Shown in pieces: positions 52,317-64,000 of a stretch of 64,000 nucleotides of DNA. Location of the stretch: contig CAIIXF020000001.1 in NCBI GenBank assembly GCA_903813345.2, forward strand, positions 33,542,001 to 33,606,000, read 5' to 3'. The stretch's first letter is position 1; each line of letters starts with the position of its first letter. The translations under genes were made by a program, and so were the position numbers. Below the pieces are notes generated by a model. That model saw only the letters and a program-made list of their open reading frames with translations. It made no database searches and was not told where the DNA came from. Source of the stretch: Owenia fusiformis. Taxonomy: Eukaryota.

Positions 52317-53115
52317 CACGGTGTTATAGCATGACGGTTACGTCAAGGCAATTTGCAAAATTTTGCGGTAACAATAACAAAAAATGGCGGATGGGAAAGG
52401 CAGCATGTCCTCTTTCTCGCCTGTAGACAATATTCACAGATAAGATTTCCTTTTAAACTAGTTCCATTCGGTGACGTATATATGGATGGTTATAAAGACT
52501 GGGTCAAATCTGCCAGGTGGTCTACAAGAAACAGAATATAATCTGTAAACCTACCGACTAAGATATCAAAGTTTATAAGTTTTGATCCATTCTCGTGTTG
52601 TCTCAGTACATGAGCCACTCAAAATATTAACTGTAAGTATAAGTAAACTGTGTATAACTACTGCAAATTCAAAATACATTATTATGGCTTGAGTAGAACA
52701 TATTAGGTGGTTTCCAATGCTCAATTGGCTTTGTATGATCGTATGTAGGTTACATCTATATACCACAAGGTTTTTAAGCAATGTAGACCATGCCCTAACA
52801 ACAAAAACAAAAATAAACAAATTACTAAATTTTTGTGTAGTTTTGAATTTCAAACTCGACACTTTTTCTCTTATTTCATGTTATCCCCGGGCATCAATTT
52901 GCAAAGGCTACGTTCAAAATATACATTACTGAAAGTATCACCGAATGCGATTCTTGCATAAATCGTTCATCCTTTCATTGATACACAGAAGTAGAAAATA
53001 ATGCGCCAACCTTAGTTTTCTCTTCCATCGCGGCCATTTTATTGGATAAATCAGTGAACGTAGCTGTCCAACCTCGTTTTCAGAGGTGGCGTAACCGTCA
53101 TGCTATAACACCGTG
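52317..53115. mobile_element. Transib-like MITE
   Basis: 26-bp perfect TIRs CACGGTGTTATAGCATGACGGTTACG; 5-bp TSD CTATT. Confidence 0.85.
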
Positions 53116-56100
53116 CTATTGACTATTTTCACATCACTGGCCTCTTTTTGCCTGATTGATATAATGCCAATTGATGTAATGGTCTCCAGTTAAACCAGTT
53201 GAGAGATGGACAACATTACTGGGGGTCATAACAGTACTCGTTCATGTTCAAGTTCTCACACAAGTGTTTTACACAGTCTGTAGCCAGCTTTTACCAAGGG
53301 GTAGGAGCAGTTTTACCAAGGGCAAAGCTTTTGCCTAGGGATGAACTTTTTGACAGTTTTGGCTAAAAGATCATGCGAAGTGCTCAAATTGGTGAGAAAC
53401 TGCATCATTTTGAAAGAATCTCTTGGGGGAGCAGCAGCTCCCTTTATCTCCCCCCCCTCTACCTGCCTACGAGCCTGTGTACTCAACCTCTCTAATGTTC
53501 ATGATCAATACTAAATGTAAAATTTTCACATTTTTCATATTTCTACTATTCATATTGACCAATCCCCATTCATGTCATCTTAACAGGTCCTTAATCCCTT
53601 GTTTTCTAGTCGTATGTGCTTTTATTATTCAGTTTCACAATCTATTGTTTTGCCATGCCAGTTTTACATGTTTGCATGCTGAGTTTGTTTTATGTAATGC
53701 TTTTTGTTCCTTATATGGTTTGCACATTCACTCAGTTGAGTTGGGGTGTTGCCCCATTACTAGTTAATGTTGCCTAGAGTTTGTGACTGTACATACACAA
53801 AGTATTTCAAATATATATTTTAGAAAACATTTTATATTTGATTCCCACCCAAGGGTCTTCCACTCACCCATTAACATAAACAAAACATGAACTCTAATAA
53901 AAATGCCAACAAGACTGCAAGGGAAACTTAATCTATGAATTGGACTTTACCATATCACATGTATTAGTCTCGTGACCAGGGAGGGGGAGGAGGGGGGTTG
54001 AGAGACGACCCTCTCCCCTAGGAACATTTTCTGTCAACATCCTGCAATTTTTCACCACTTTACTTTTCAAGTGTTGTTCGGATGATGCTTTCATTTAATT
54101 GCTTGCACTGATGGTTTCTCTTGAAAATTCATGCACATAAGGTGATCTAGTATTTCAACACAGGACCCTGAAAGCGCTATTTGAGCTTGAAGTAGAAGTA
54201 TTCATAGTATTACTGTTTGTATTATTAATCTCTATGATTTTTCAATAGGCTAACTCAGTCAGTGAATGCAGGATTAAAACACAACACACATGAGTTATTC
54301 ACCCACCTATGCATGTTATTATTGAAAAACATTGCCATCTTTTACATCACTCCTAAATTATTTTTGTAAACATGCATTTTAAGAGGTTCATTTTTTCAAA
54401 AAAAACTCAAAAACAAACTTCATGGAGTTCCTTACATATTTTACTTGATGAAACATGTGTTCAAGTACAATGTAACTTTGCATGAAAAATTGTAAAAAAA
54501 ATGAGGGACGATGGTGAAAATGACGAATGTATTTTGAAAAAGCTTGTTGATGGGTGGATTAAACATAGATTATAAGATAATCCAATTGACCTGGAATCTA
54601 TTCTTTGAACTTTTCTTGAAGATTATAGATTCGCCTTTCCCAAGCATTTACTTTTGACAGCCAGAAACTACTCACAAAAAAATTATCAACTGTCAAAATT
54701 ACCAAAAGTCTGTTGCGATACTTTCCCTGCTCCTTTCAAGAAAAATCGATCTGATGGTATCCTGATGGAAAGTCAAGAATAGAGAAGAAAATATTGAAAA
54801 ATGCAACCATCCTTCCTTTCTGAACCTATCCTATCCTTCCTATCTACCCTTGCTTCGTATCCTCTCCTTCCTATTCTATCCCTTCTTCTTATTCTATTCT
54901 ATCCTTCTTTCCTATTCTATCCTATCGTTCCTTCCTATCCTATCCTTCCTTCCTTTTTCATCCATCCATCCTTCTTTTTCTTGATGACTTAGCTTTTTTT
55001 GGATGACTTGGCTTATTCTGGATGACTCGGCTAAAAAAAGTCTAGATCTGGAGTCTGAAATTGAACTCGTTCAATTTCCAAAATCTAGTTATTATTCTTT
55101 CTTTCCGAACACTTTTTCTCAGCAACTAGAAGGACTAACTTAAATCTGCTAACATAGTCAACTAGTTAATGATACCTAGTTTCTGGGAAATTAGGTCAAA
55201 TGTTTATCTAGGTCAAAGGTCAAGAACTAGGTCAAATCGTGGTTTTTCACTATTTTACTAGTTTTCGCAGTCGTCCTTCGGTATTTTCGCTCCGTTTTTT
55301 TTTCATCATGTTCCTTAGAAAAAGCTTATTGCGAATGATAAACCGTTTTTTGATTACTTTTACCGATTTTGAGATATGGCGTCCGAAAAGTAGGTCAGAA
55401 CATAAAAAGTTCTCTAAATTCAACGTGTGAATCATCAAATAAGTGTAGAATTATCTCAGGAATCCGAATCTTCCGGTTCGGAAGTTATGGCGTTTTGAAA
55501 TCTCCAAAATCGCTAAATTTGTTGCCTATGTTAAGCAAATGGGAAAATAAACTTTTTCGAAGTGTAAAATACAAGATATAGACTGAGTACAGCTTAACAT
55601 AATGAATGCCTATAAAAGAAGTGGACCTCAAAAGCTACATAACTTCAAAATTTGGACACCAAAATGCCTAAGTCAAAATCTAGGTCAAATTCACAGCTTT
55701 TCCTTATTTTTACGATTCTGACACTACACTTTAATAATTTGCTTCAATATTTTGTATACAGGTAGCAAAGAGTGTGCTAATAGTGTTAGCCTTTTGCCAT
55801 CAGAAAGTATTTTGACCCACTTTTGAGATATGGTGTCTGGAATGTAGGTCAAAATAAAAAGTTCTCCAAAGAATAGGTCCATTTAACAGACTATTGGTCC
55901 ACTTAGACTTTTTCCAAAAAACTCATTCTTCCATTTACTTTTAAAACCGATTGCAAATTGTAGATAAACCTTTTTTCTTGAAATGTGCCATTTCAAAAAG
56001 TGGCATTAGTTTTCAGATTCTTTGAAAAATTGGCAGTAAGAACCCCTATTACAAGACTGTCTGAATATGGGTACACACTATGTTTACCCTCAAAATATTA

Positions 56101-56532
56101 TCAAAACTTATCATTATATTGAATTGATTATATGGAACATATAGCATACAAGCATTCGGAGTAGAACATTAACAAAATCCAGCTATATATGAAGTTTACT
56201 AATGCAAATCTGGAAAACATTGTCATTTTTGTTCACTTTGTCATCAAGTTTTAGCATCGTGCTCATTCCCTTTCATTGAAAATTTAACCATCGGCCCAAA
56301 CTCCCACAAAAAAGATATTGAAACTGTTGAATGCAGAGACTGTGAGGTAGCTTCCCTGCAAATATCATCGTTGTGGGAGTGTGGGCTCACTACTAAAACT
56401 TAAATTTTGTGATGAAAATAAGGCTGACTGGTTTATGGTTTCAATATGGCTGCTAACCTGGGCATAAATGTACACTACATAACTACATGTACCACAAGAC
56501 AAAATCATATGGAATAACTTGCGATAAGCTAG

Positions 56533-58114
56533 TTATTATGTCACCACCAAAAGTGGTGACATATTGTTATGGTCTCCGTTTTTTTTGCGACGGCGGTTGG
56601 CGGTTGGAGGTTGGCGTCCGGCGGTTGGCGTCCGGCGGTTGGCGTCTGTAACAATTTCTTACAACTTCCTATAACTTAACAAATACTGTTTAGACTGACT
56701 TCAATTTTTTTCTAAATCATCTACATGTTCTCAGAAGTTCAAATCTGACTTTAGATTTGACATTTGACCTTCAATGACCTTCTCAAGGTCAAAAAGGTCT
56801 TTTTTCAACTTGCTTCACATTGACTAAATTTTTTTTCAAAATCATCTACATGTTCTCAGAAATTCAAATCTGACTTTAGATTTGACTTTAGATTTGACCT
56901 TCAAATCTGACTTTAGATTTGACATTTGACCTTCAATGACCTTCTCAAGGTCAAAAAAGGTCAAAAAGGTCTGTTTTCAACTTGCTTCAAATTGACTAAA
57001 TTTTTTTTTCAAAATCATCTACGTGTTCTCAGAAATTCAAATCTGAATTAAGATTTGACATTTGACCTTCAATGACCTTCTCAAGGTCAAAAAAGGTCAA
57101 AAAGGTCTGTTTTCAACTTGCTTCAAATTGACTAAAAAAATTTTTCAAAATTATCTACGTGTTCTCAGGAATTCAAATCTGACTTTAGATTTGACTTAAG
57201 ATTTGACATTTGACCTTCAATGACCTTCTTAAAGTCAAAAAAAGGTCAAAAAGGTCTTTTTTCAACTTGCTTCAAATTGACTAAATTTTTTTTTCAAAAT
57301 CATCTACATGTTCTCAGAAATTCAAATCTGACTTTAGATTTGACATTTGACCTTCAATGACCTTCTCAATGTCAAAAAAGGTCAAAAAGGTATTTTTTCA
57401 TCCTGTTTCAAATTGACTAAATTTTTTTTTCAAAATCATCTACATGTTCTCAGAAATTCAAATATGACTTTAGATTTGACTTTAGATTTGACATTTGACC
57501 TTCAATGACCTTCTCAAGGTCAAAAAGGTCTTTTTTCAACTTGCTTCAAATTGACTAATTTTTTTTTTCAAAATCATCTACATGTTCTCAGAAATTCAAA
57601 TCTGACTTTAGATTTGACATTTGACCTTTAATGACCTTCTCAAGGTCAAAAAAGGTCAAAAAGGTCTGTTTTCAACTTGCTTCAAATTGACCAAATTTTT
57701 TTTTCAAAATCATCTTCATCTTTTCAGAAGTTCAAATTTGACTTTACAAGTTCTCAGAAGTTCAAATCTGACTTTAGATTTGACATTTGACCTTCAATGA
57801 CCTTTTCAAGGTCAAAAAGGTCTTTTTTCAACTTGCTTCAAATTTACTTAATTTTTTTTTCAAAATCATCTACATGTTCTCAGAAGTTCAAATCTTACTT
57901 TACATTTGACCTTCAATGACCTTCTCAATGTCAAAAAAAGTCAAAGAGGTATTTTTTCAACTTGCTTCAAATTGACGAATTTTTTTTTCAAAATCATCTA
58001 CATGTTCTAAGAAGTTCAAATCAAACCTTCTTAAGGTCAAAAGGTATTTTCCAACTTGCTTTAAATTGACCAAATTGTTTTAGGTGGTGACATTTTGTCA
58101 TGTTAATGCCTTGT
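56533..58114 (+). mobile_element. Second copy of the same HINE-like element with ~10 satellite units
   Basis: 5' ~300 bp and 3' end near-identical to 7247-9520; the array length differs. Confidence 0.8.
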
Positions 58115-58323
58115 TAAGCTTGTTATTATGGTCTTACTAGTGGTTATTATTGAGTAATGGTACATGTATTCGATATGGTATTGCAGCTTACACTTAAGTA
58201 ATGGTACACGTATCCTTGGATTTTAGGCCCGAATACCGAGGTTTATTTTTTTAATTATCGTGTATTATTATTTTGTGTTAATATTAGTTAACCATATAAC
58301 TATTGGCATGATATGATAATCTT

Positions 58324-58528
58324 CAGGCCCGTAGCCAGGATTTGCCAAGGGGGGGTTCGATTTTCAAAAATTTCTAGGGGGGTTCACATTTGACAATTTT
58401 GCCCCAAATATGGCTAAAATCACTTAAAAAGTGCTCAAAATGGTAAAAAACTGCATGATTTTGAAAGAAATTTTGGCCAGGGGGGGGGTTCGCCCGAACC
58501 CTGCGAACCCCCCCTGGCTACGGGCCTG
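58324..58528. mobile_element. Small MITE with CAG termini and 5-bp TSD (hAT5-like)
   Basis: TIRs CAGGCCCGTAGCCAGG; TSD ATCTT. A degenerate relative lies at ~53274-53477. Confidence 0.8.
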
Positions 58529-59029
58529 ATCTTGTTATATTAATATAGCGCATAGGCATAGCCAAGGGGATGCGATGTGTGTGATCGCACCCCCCCCCCT
58601 CCATAACCAATGAAAATAGAACCATTAGATAGAAGAAAAAAGTCTTAAAATGCTTTTTATTTGAAGCTTCTAGCTCGATTTTGAACGAAGTTGCACCAAT
58701 TTTTGTAAAATTCAAAACAAATCTTCAAAAACATTTTTTATGCCACGATCGGACCCCCCCCCCATCCCCCGACTGAAAGTTGGCTACGCAACTGTAACGT
58801 GTAATCAATACGCTACATTTTGTATGTTCAATTTGTATACTAAAAACTGTTATTAATCCACAAATTTAGATGAAGACAAGATAAAAATTTGAATCAAGAA
58901 TGAAAATGTGTCTAAGTATATGATTCTTAAGGGTAATGCATATTTGAATTAAACAGAGGCGGGTTAATTTATATTGTGCTATGAATTATGCTATTATTCA
59001 AAATTGCAGCTAAGATGCCTGTTTTACGA

Positions 59030-60222
59030 TACCCTGCGTGCAGAGTCTAGTTAAACTACACTAAGACGAAGCTCTCTTTTAAGAAGTGAAGTCAAACGAA
59101 TGCAAAGGGTAGTTTTATGAAAAATATCACGGAAGATGTATTCTAGATATCAGTAGTATTCTCAGAAATTTATTATCCGAAACGGATAACATCTGGCCAC
59201 TCAGACAAACAATCGCAGACATAGGCTAAGCTTGTTTATTTAACAGTTAGATTTGTTGACTTACCGATCCGTATTTCAATCTCCGGGAAGACGTTCTTTT
59301 CACTTTGTATTTGCGTGCAGTGTAATATAAGTTGATACTTTTGTTCAAAAATGTACTTTTAATGGCCATTTTATGCCTTTTATTTTCAAATTATGTTTTG
59401 TTTGGATGTCAGTGTGAAAAGTCAAGAAACGTCAACCCCGACTTTAAATTGTTTTAAAATGTTGGTTAATCACTTATGGCAAATCACAAGGTTGATGATG
59501 TCAACGGACCATGATCGTGGAAGGCTATCAATATATCGCATAGAAAATAAATATAGCTAATTTTTCGCACTGATATGATGATGACTATTCTGGCCAATCG
59601 GGTAGATATTTCCCAGTTTTTTCGGGTAATAAAACTATTCATTTCTATCAATTTTACAAACGGGGTCCTTTGAATGCACATTAAAACTATAAAAGTATTT
59701 ATTGGGCGTACATACTCGTTCTGTCATGTTACTTACATTTCATTTGCAAGTTGTCCACATATTAATCCGGCATTTTGTTTAATCAAATTTCCCGCCCCTT
59801 GAGGTTTCCGACTGTAAAACTTAATATTTAATACTAACCAGTGCATCAGTTAATATTTTCAGAATACAAATTTTCCATTTTCATTTCTCTGATAGATAAA
59901 GTCTCATTTTGAATCTGTTCGTGTATTAAAGAGTATGCTTTTATAATGCCGTGGTCACATTTGCTCAGATTTTCAGCACCGGCACCCGGCCGATGAGTAT
60001 TTTGTTCAAAATTGTATTCAATTCTGAACAAAATACTCAATCGGCCGGGCGCCGTAATGAAAATCGGAACAAATGTTACCAAGTCATAACTGATGAAAAA
60101 TCAAATGAGAACATGAACATGGATAATAGGGGAACTATTACGCTGCGTGCAGAGGCTAATTATAAACTACGAGAAGAAGAAACTCTCATTAGAGAAGTGA
60201 AGTCGAACGAATGCAAAGGGTA
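59030..60222. repeat. ~83-bp direct repeats flanking ~1 kb that contains a 130-bp palindrome
   Basis: 59030-59111 and 60139-60222 (TACCCTGCGTGCAGAG...GAATGCAAAGGGTA); palindrome at 59952-60081. Confidence 0.7.
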
Positions 60223-60502
60223 GGGTACTATAGAAGGGGATCATATAAAAGCACGATCTATTTCACAACCCCTTTAACTTTTGTTCTTCAACTGTTGCCC
60301 TTTGTGCATTTCAAAAATAAAATATCTTAATCTGATTTGTTCCACCTTTCTTTTCGCTCAGTTCTGCACTATTATTTCCATATGTTGTTTAGGATTATGT
60401 CATTTGCGAAATAGCTGTAAGACATTATGAGAATGAATATGGGAGTTTCCACGATAATGTTGTTCACATGATTTTATACACATACCTGCATAACAATCGG
60501 AG

Positions 60503-61180
60503 ACAGAAGTCTTAATATTGTCCAATAAAAAATGAGAATCTAACATTTAATGATAACAAAAGGATTAATTGCTTAGTTCTCTTTGTTTTAGTCTTTGTTT
60601 TCTTAAATGCGGAAGTGTACCAACATCACCTAGATTATATAAGAGATCATCTAACAGTCTAAAATTGCTTTTAATTGCAAGTTAATGCATTCCGACCAAA
60701 ATTTGTATACCTGTTATTAGGGGGGGGGGGGCGATGTTACATCACATAACTACAACGTTCATATAGAAATATACAATAAGCATGTCCGTTTAAAAGCTAA
60801 AATTATAAAAACTCATTTCAAAGTCATTCTGTTCATGGAAGCGTCAAGTTATGAAAAACAATGCTAAACACTCAAACAAATCGACTTGATTACCTTTGAA
60901 AACTTCTTGAGAGGAAATGGACAAATGTATTTTTCTAACTCATTAGAACGTCTGTCTGATTGAAATACTATTTTTAAATACAAACATAAATGATTTAATC
61001 TTGGTCAGAAGTCTGAACATTGTCCAACAAAATAATAAGAATCTAACATTTAATGATTACAAAAGGATTAATTGCTATATAGTCTTTGTCTTAGTCTTTG
61101 TTTTTCTAACGGCGGAATTGTACCAACATCACCTTGATTACAGAAGAGATCATCTAACAGTCTAAAGTTGCTTTTAATTT
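60503..61180. repeat. Diverged ~175-bp direct repeat pair
   Basis: 60503-60680 vs 61006-61180 (CAGAAGTCT...GAATCTAACATTTAATGAT...AGAGATCATCTAACAGTCT). Confidence 0.7.
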
Positions 61181-64000
61181 CCAGGTTTTAATTACATTTT
61201 ATGTATAGACTTTTTTGCCTCTATTCTCATTTTTAAACCTGTTTCTGTTTGCTTATTTAACAATTGTGATAAATTATCAGTTAGTGTCGAAACCAAAACA
61301 ATTTTCTACATTATAGTCCCCTCCTCTTGCACTGACTAAATATTAAAATAAGCTAGTCTGATTGCGAATTTACAAATCCTGTAAAAGTAGCTTCAAACCG
61401 CCTTTTAATCAGAGAAAACAATAAGTTAATTCATCTGATTGCGAAAATACGAATCAATCTGATTATCTGATCTCCATGCTATTTGATTCGTGCATTATCT
61501 ACAAGTCAGTCGGGCAAGGGTGAAATTATTTCATTTGAAAACAGAAATAAATATCAGAACCCCTCTAGCATAACTATTCGGAAGAAATTCATACAAAAAA
61601 TAAGGTACACAACTGATGAAGGGTCGCACACAATGCACGCACCCCTCTCCTCCTCCTCCGTGTTTGCCCACACACGACCATATTTGACAATTTTTCTAAA
61701 AGCGTTTTCCCCGGGAATATAGGTGTAGCGGTTGCCAGAAGTCACACAGCTTGGGAGTCAGGGTATCCTGATCCATGCCTCAACGCCTGACGGGTCTGAT
61801 ATTTAGAGGGGGCGCAAGAATTATTAGGGGGCGGGGTAAACGTGAAAGTTGCCAAAATATCCATAGGCGTAGCCAGGAGGGGGGGGGGGTGCGATGGGTG
61901 CGATAACAATAGGCTTTATATATGCTTTAATGTTTTATTTATCATGATGCTTTTATGTAGGCTATTATTTACAGTTCTTTTTGCAATATAAAACTGGTAT
62001 GTTTATGCAAATTCCGATTGGACTAATATAAAGGGATATTGTTTCATTATGTGGACTTGAGAAAGTCCGACATACTCATTGCTTTCAACCCAAAACTTAA
62101 AATAGGAAGTTATCAAGATCCCAAGAACACGATCGCTACTTAAACAATACGTTTGTAAAATCCCGGCGATCGAAATGCAATCAAACTTTCGCAATCAGGT
62201 GCCTAATTAGTCTTTTGATCTCTAAAGTTTTACGACTGAACATTTCAATGAACTCGTGAGAAGCAAACGCAATCATCATATAAACATTTTTCTAGTAAAT
62301 CTTAAATAGAGTAAAACCCAGGGAAAAAGATCGCGTGTTCATAGGAATTAGGCATATTTCAATTTTGAAATAACAAAAGTCAGTCTCGGAAGAATTTTCC
62401 AAGCATTCCCTGCTTCGATGCGTTTTTATTGCAAGGGCCGTTTAGCGCCGATATGAATTCATTATAGGGCATTAGGGTTGTGCTTTATTTGTTTTATTTA
62501 TATAAATGTTATAAAATGTGTACGACACTTTAAATTATTTTTAGGGTTACAATGCATATTTGACTTTTCCCTCTAAACATTTAAAATTCATCTTTTCTTA
62601 GTTTGCTTCAATAAAATTAACATTGGATCCCAGACAGTTATCAAATTCTCAGACATTTGATTAATATAGATATTTGTACTTCCTTTGACCAGTGGTGCTG
62701 GTGTGACTGAGATTCAAATCTAATCTGTTTCATTTTTATGTAAATTGAGAGGAATAAAGTTTTATTTACAGCGTTTTAACAATCTTAACGTTTGGCGTGC
62801 AGCTCAACTTAAGGATATACCAGTGTAACCCTTACGACAATGGTGATATATTTTTAAATTACAGAAATAGAAAATTAACACCCCTATGAAAAGCTCGTTT
62901 GTTAACTTCACGTTTTACAAGTGTTCTGTATTAAATATCAAGGACGCAGAATGACGATATATGACGCTTTACGACATAGTAATCCATAGCAACTAAGAGA
63001 TTCTCATTTTCAATGTTGTTTTATCATGACGTCATATAACACTTTTGTTAATGGGTTCTTGGAATATGATACCATTATCTGTGACGTCAGTGACATATTG
63101 CCCCATCAACAAATAAACAAACAAATGAACTATACGTCATCAATTCTTCCAAATAATTCAATAATTTTTGTATATTCTTGTTTCATTCCAGTTTCTGTCC
63201 GTTTCTTTCGTTTATCCCAGTATATGTGTATATGCCCATGTATTACAAATACGACAAATCTAATTTGTAACTTGCTTCTTATTTCGCTACAGTCTGTATG
63301 AGTTTTCATTAAGTTATAGTCTATAGCCTATGTATTGACCAGGGGTATTTAATATCAAAAGGCAACTGTAAAATACAGTATTATATTTTGGAATTTCTAT
63401 AATTCATGTATACACTTATTACACGACGGACACTTAAAGTCCGTGCATGAACATTCATTTATATGTATTTCTATTGAAATCATTACCTTGTTTCGTTTTT
63501 CCTTTCTGTCAAAACAAATACCATCAAACATGTCAAACAAGCCATTTAAACCTTTGTTCAATTTATGTTATTATTCTATATTTTTTTATAATTATAGTTA
63601 CCAGTTAAAAATATTTCCCCAGTGAGTATTAACGAGCATGATCGGACATGCCGGATACAATGCGAAAAACGTCCATAGCCGTTCACAGAAACACATTATT
63701 CGTGTACTACATTCAGTAGACGTATCTTGCTCAAATCCGACAGCTTTACATAAGTGGGGACCTCGGGGTGAGGAATGCACAGGGAATGTACAACCCCACC
63801 CGAAAATCATCAAAAAGCATGCATGCTATATATCACGAGTGAAATCATTCATGCCTGATCTGTGAGGTTATACATGTACTTGTGAAGGCAGTTCATTATT
63901 TAAAGACAGGACATGTTGAGTTTTCACAATTGTTAACCTCAAATGTAACGTTATCCTTTCCTGAAAAATGAACAGAAATATTAGCATATTAGACTAGGAG

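Larger units (their letters stand above)
50950..54740. repeat. ~310-bp inverted repeats bounding ~3.1 kb
   Basis: 50950-51265 is the reverse complement of ~54420-54740 (GGGAAAGTATCGCAACAGA / TCTGTTGCGATACTTTCCC). Confidence 0.7.
49498..55080 (+). mobile_element. HINE-like element expanded by nested insertions
   Basis: 5' hairpin AGACTCCAGATT-GA-AAATCTGGAGTCT (tandemly duplicated); matching 3' subTIR ATCTGGAGTCT with hairpin GAAATTGAAC-TC-GTTCAATTTC at ~55046-55078. Confidence 0.5.

Noticed and set aside
59951..59980. VTFAQIFS resembling the next PDE4 exon (IVTPFAQIL)
   Set aside because: It lacks HGxDL and the Pro, has no fitting splice sites, and forms one arm of a palindrome.
63638..63865. 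75-aa ORF as another PDE4 first exon
   Set aside because: No recognisable motif, and the possible gtgagg donor would be phase 1 rather than 2. It cannot be supported without transcripts.

Overview
AT-rich eukaryotic genomic DNA, most likely from an invertebrate animal, and almost entirely intronic. The only host gene I can recognise is a PDE4/dunce-type cAMP phosphodiesterase on the + strand. It has a clear UCR1 exon at 26420-26602 (FDVENG...[26 protein letters not shown]) and a probable alternative first coding exon at 43195-43337. The rest is a dense, nested set of transposable elements. (i) A miniature LTR retrotransposon (TRIM) at 26813-28076 whose LTRs each carry a tRNA-derived Pol III module, with a tRNA-Leu PBS, a PPT and a 4-bp TSD (Helenus-like); its 5' LTR is split by a LINE fragment. 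(ii) A decayed ~12.5-kb esterase-ORF1 LINE (RTEX-like) at 28568-41040, broken by four insertions including a 4-kb foldback element. (iii) A family of CAG..CTG MITEs with 6-bp TSDs; the three long copies share a nested MULE-like MITE. (iv) Several Helentron/HINE-like elements carrying satellite arrays. (v) MULE-, Transib-, Kolobok-, Harbinger- and hAT-like MITEs, plus Penelope-like, L1/Tx1, Tc1/mariner and hAT coding remnants. Almost all ORFs in the supplied track are spurious repeat translations. Superfamily labels come from termini and TSD patterns and were not confirmed by database search.
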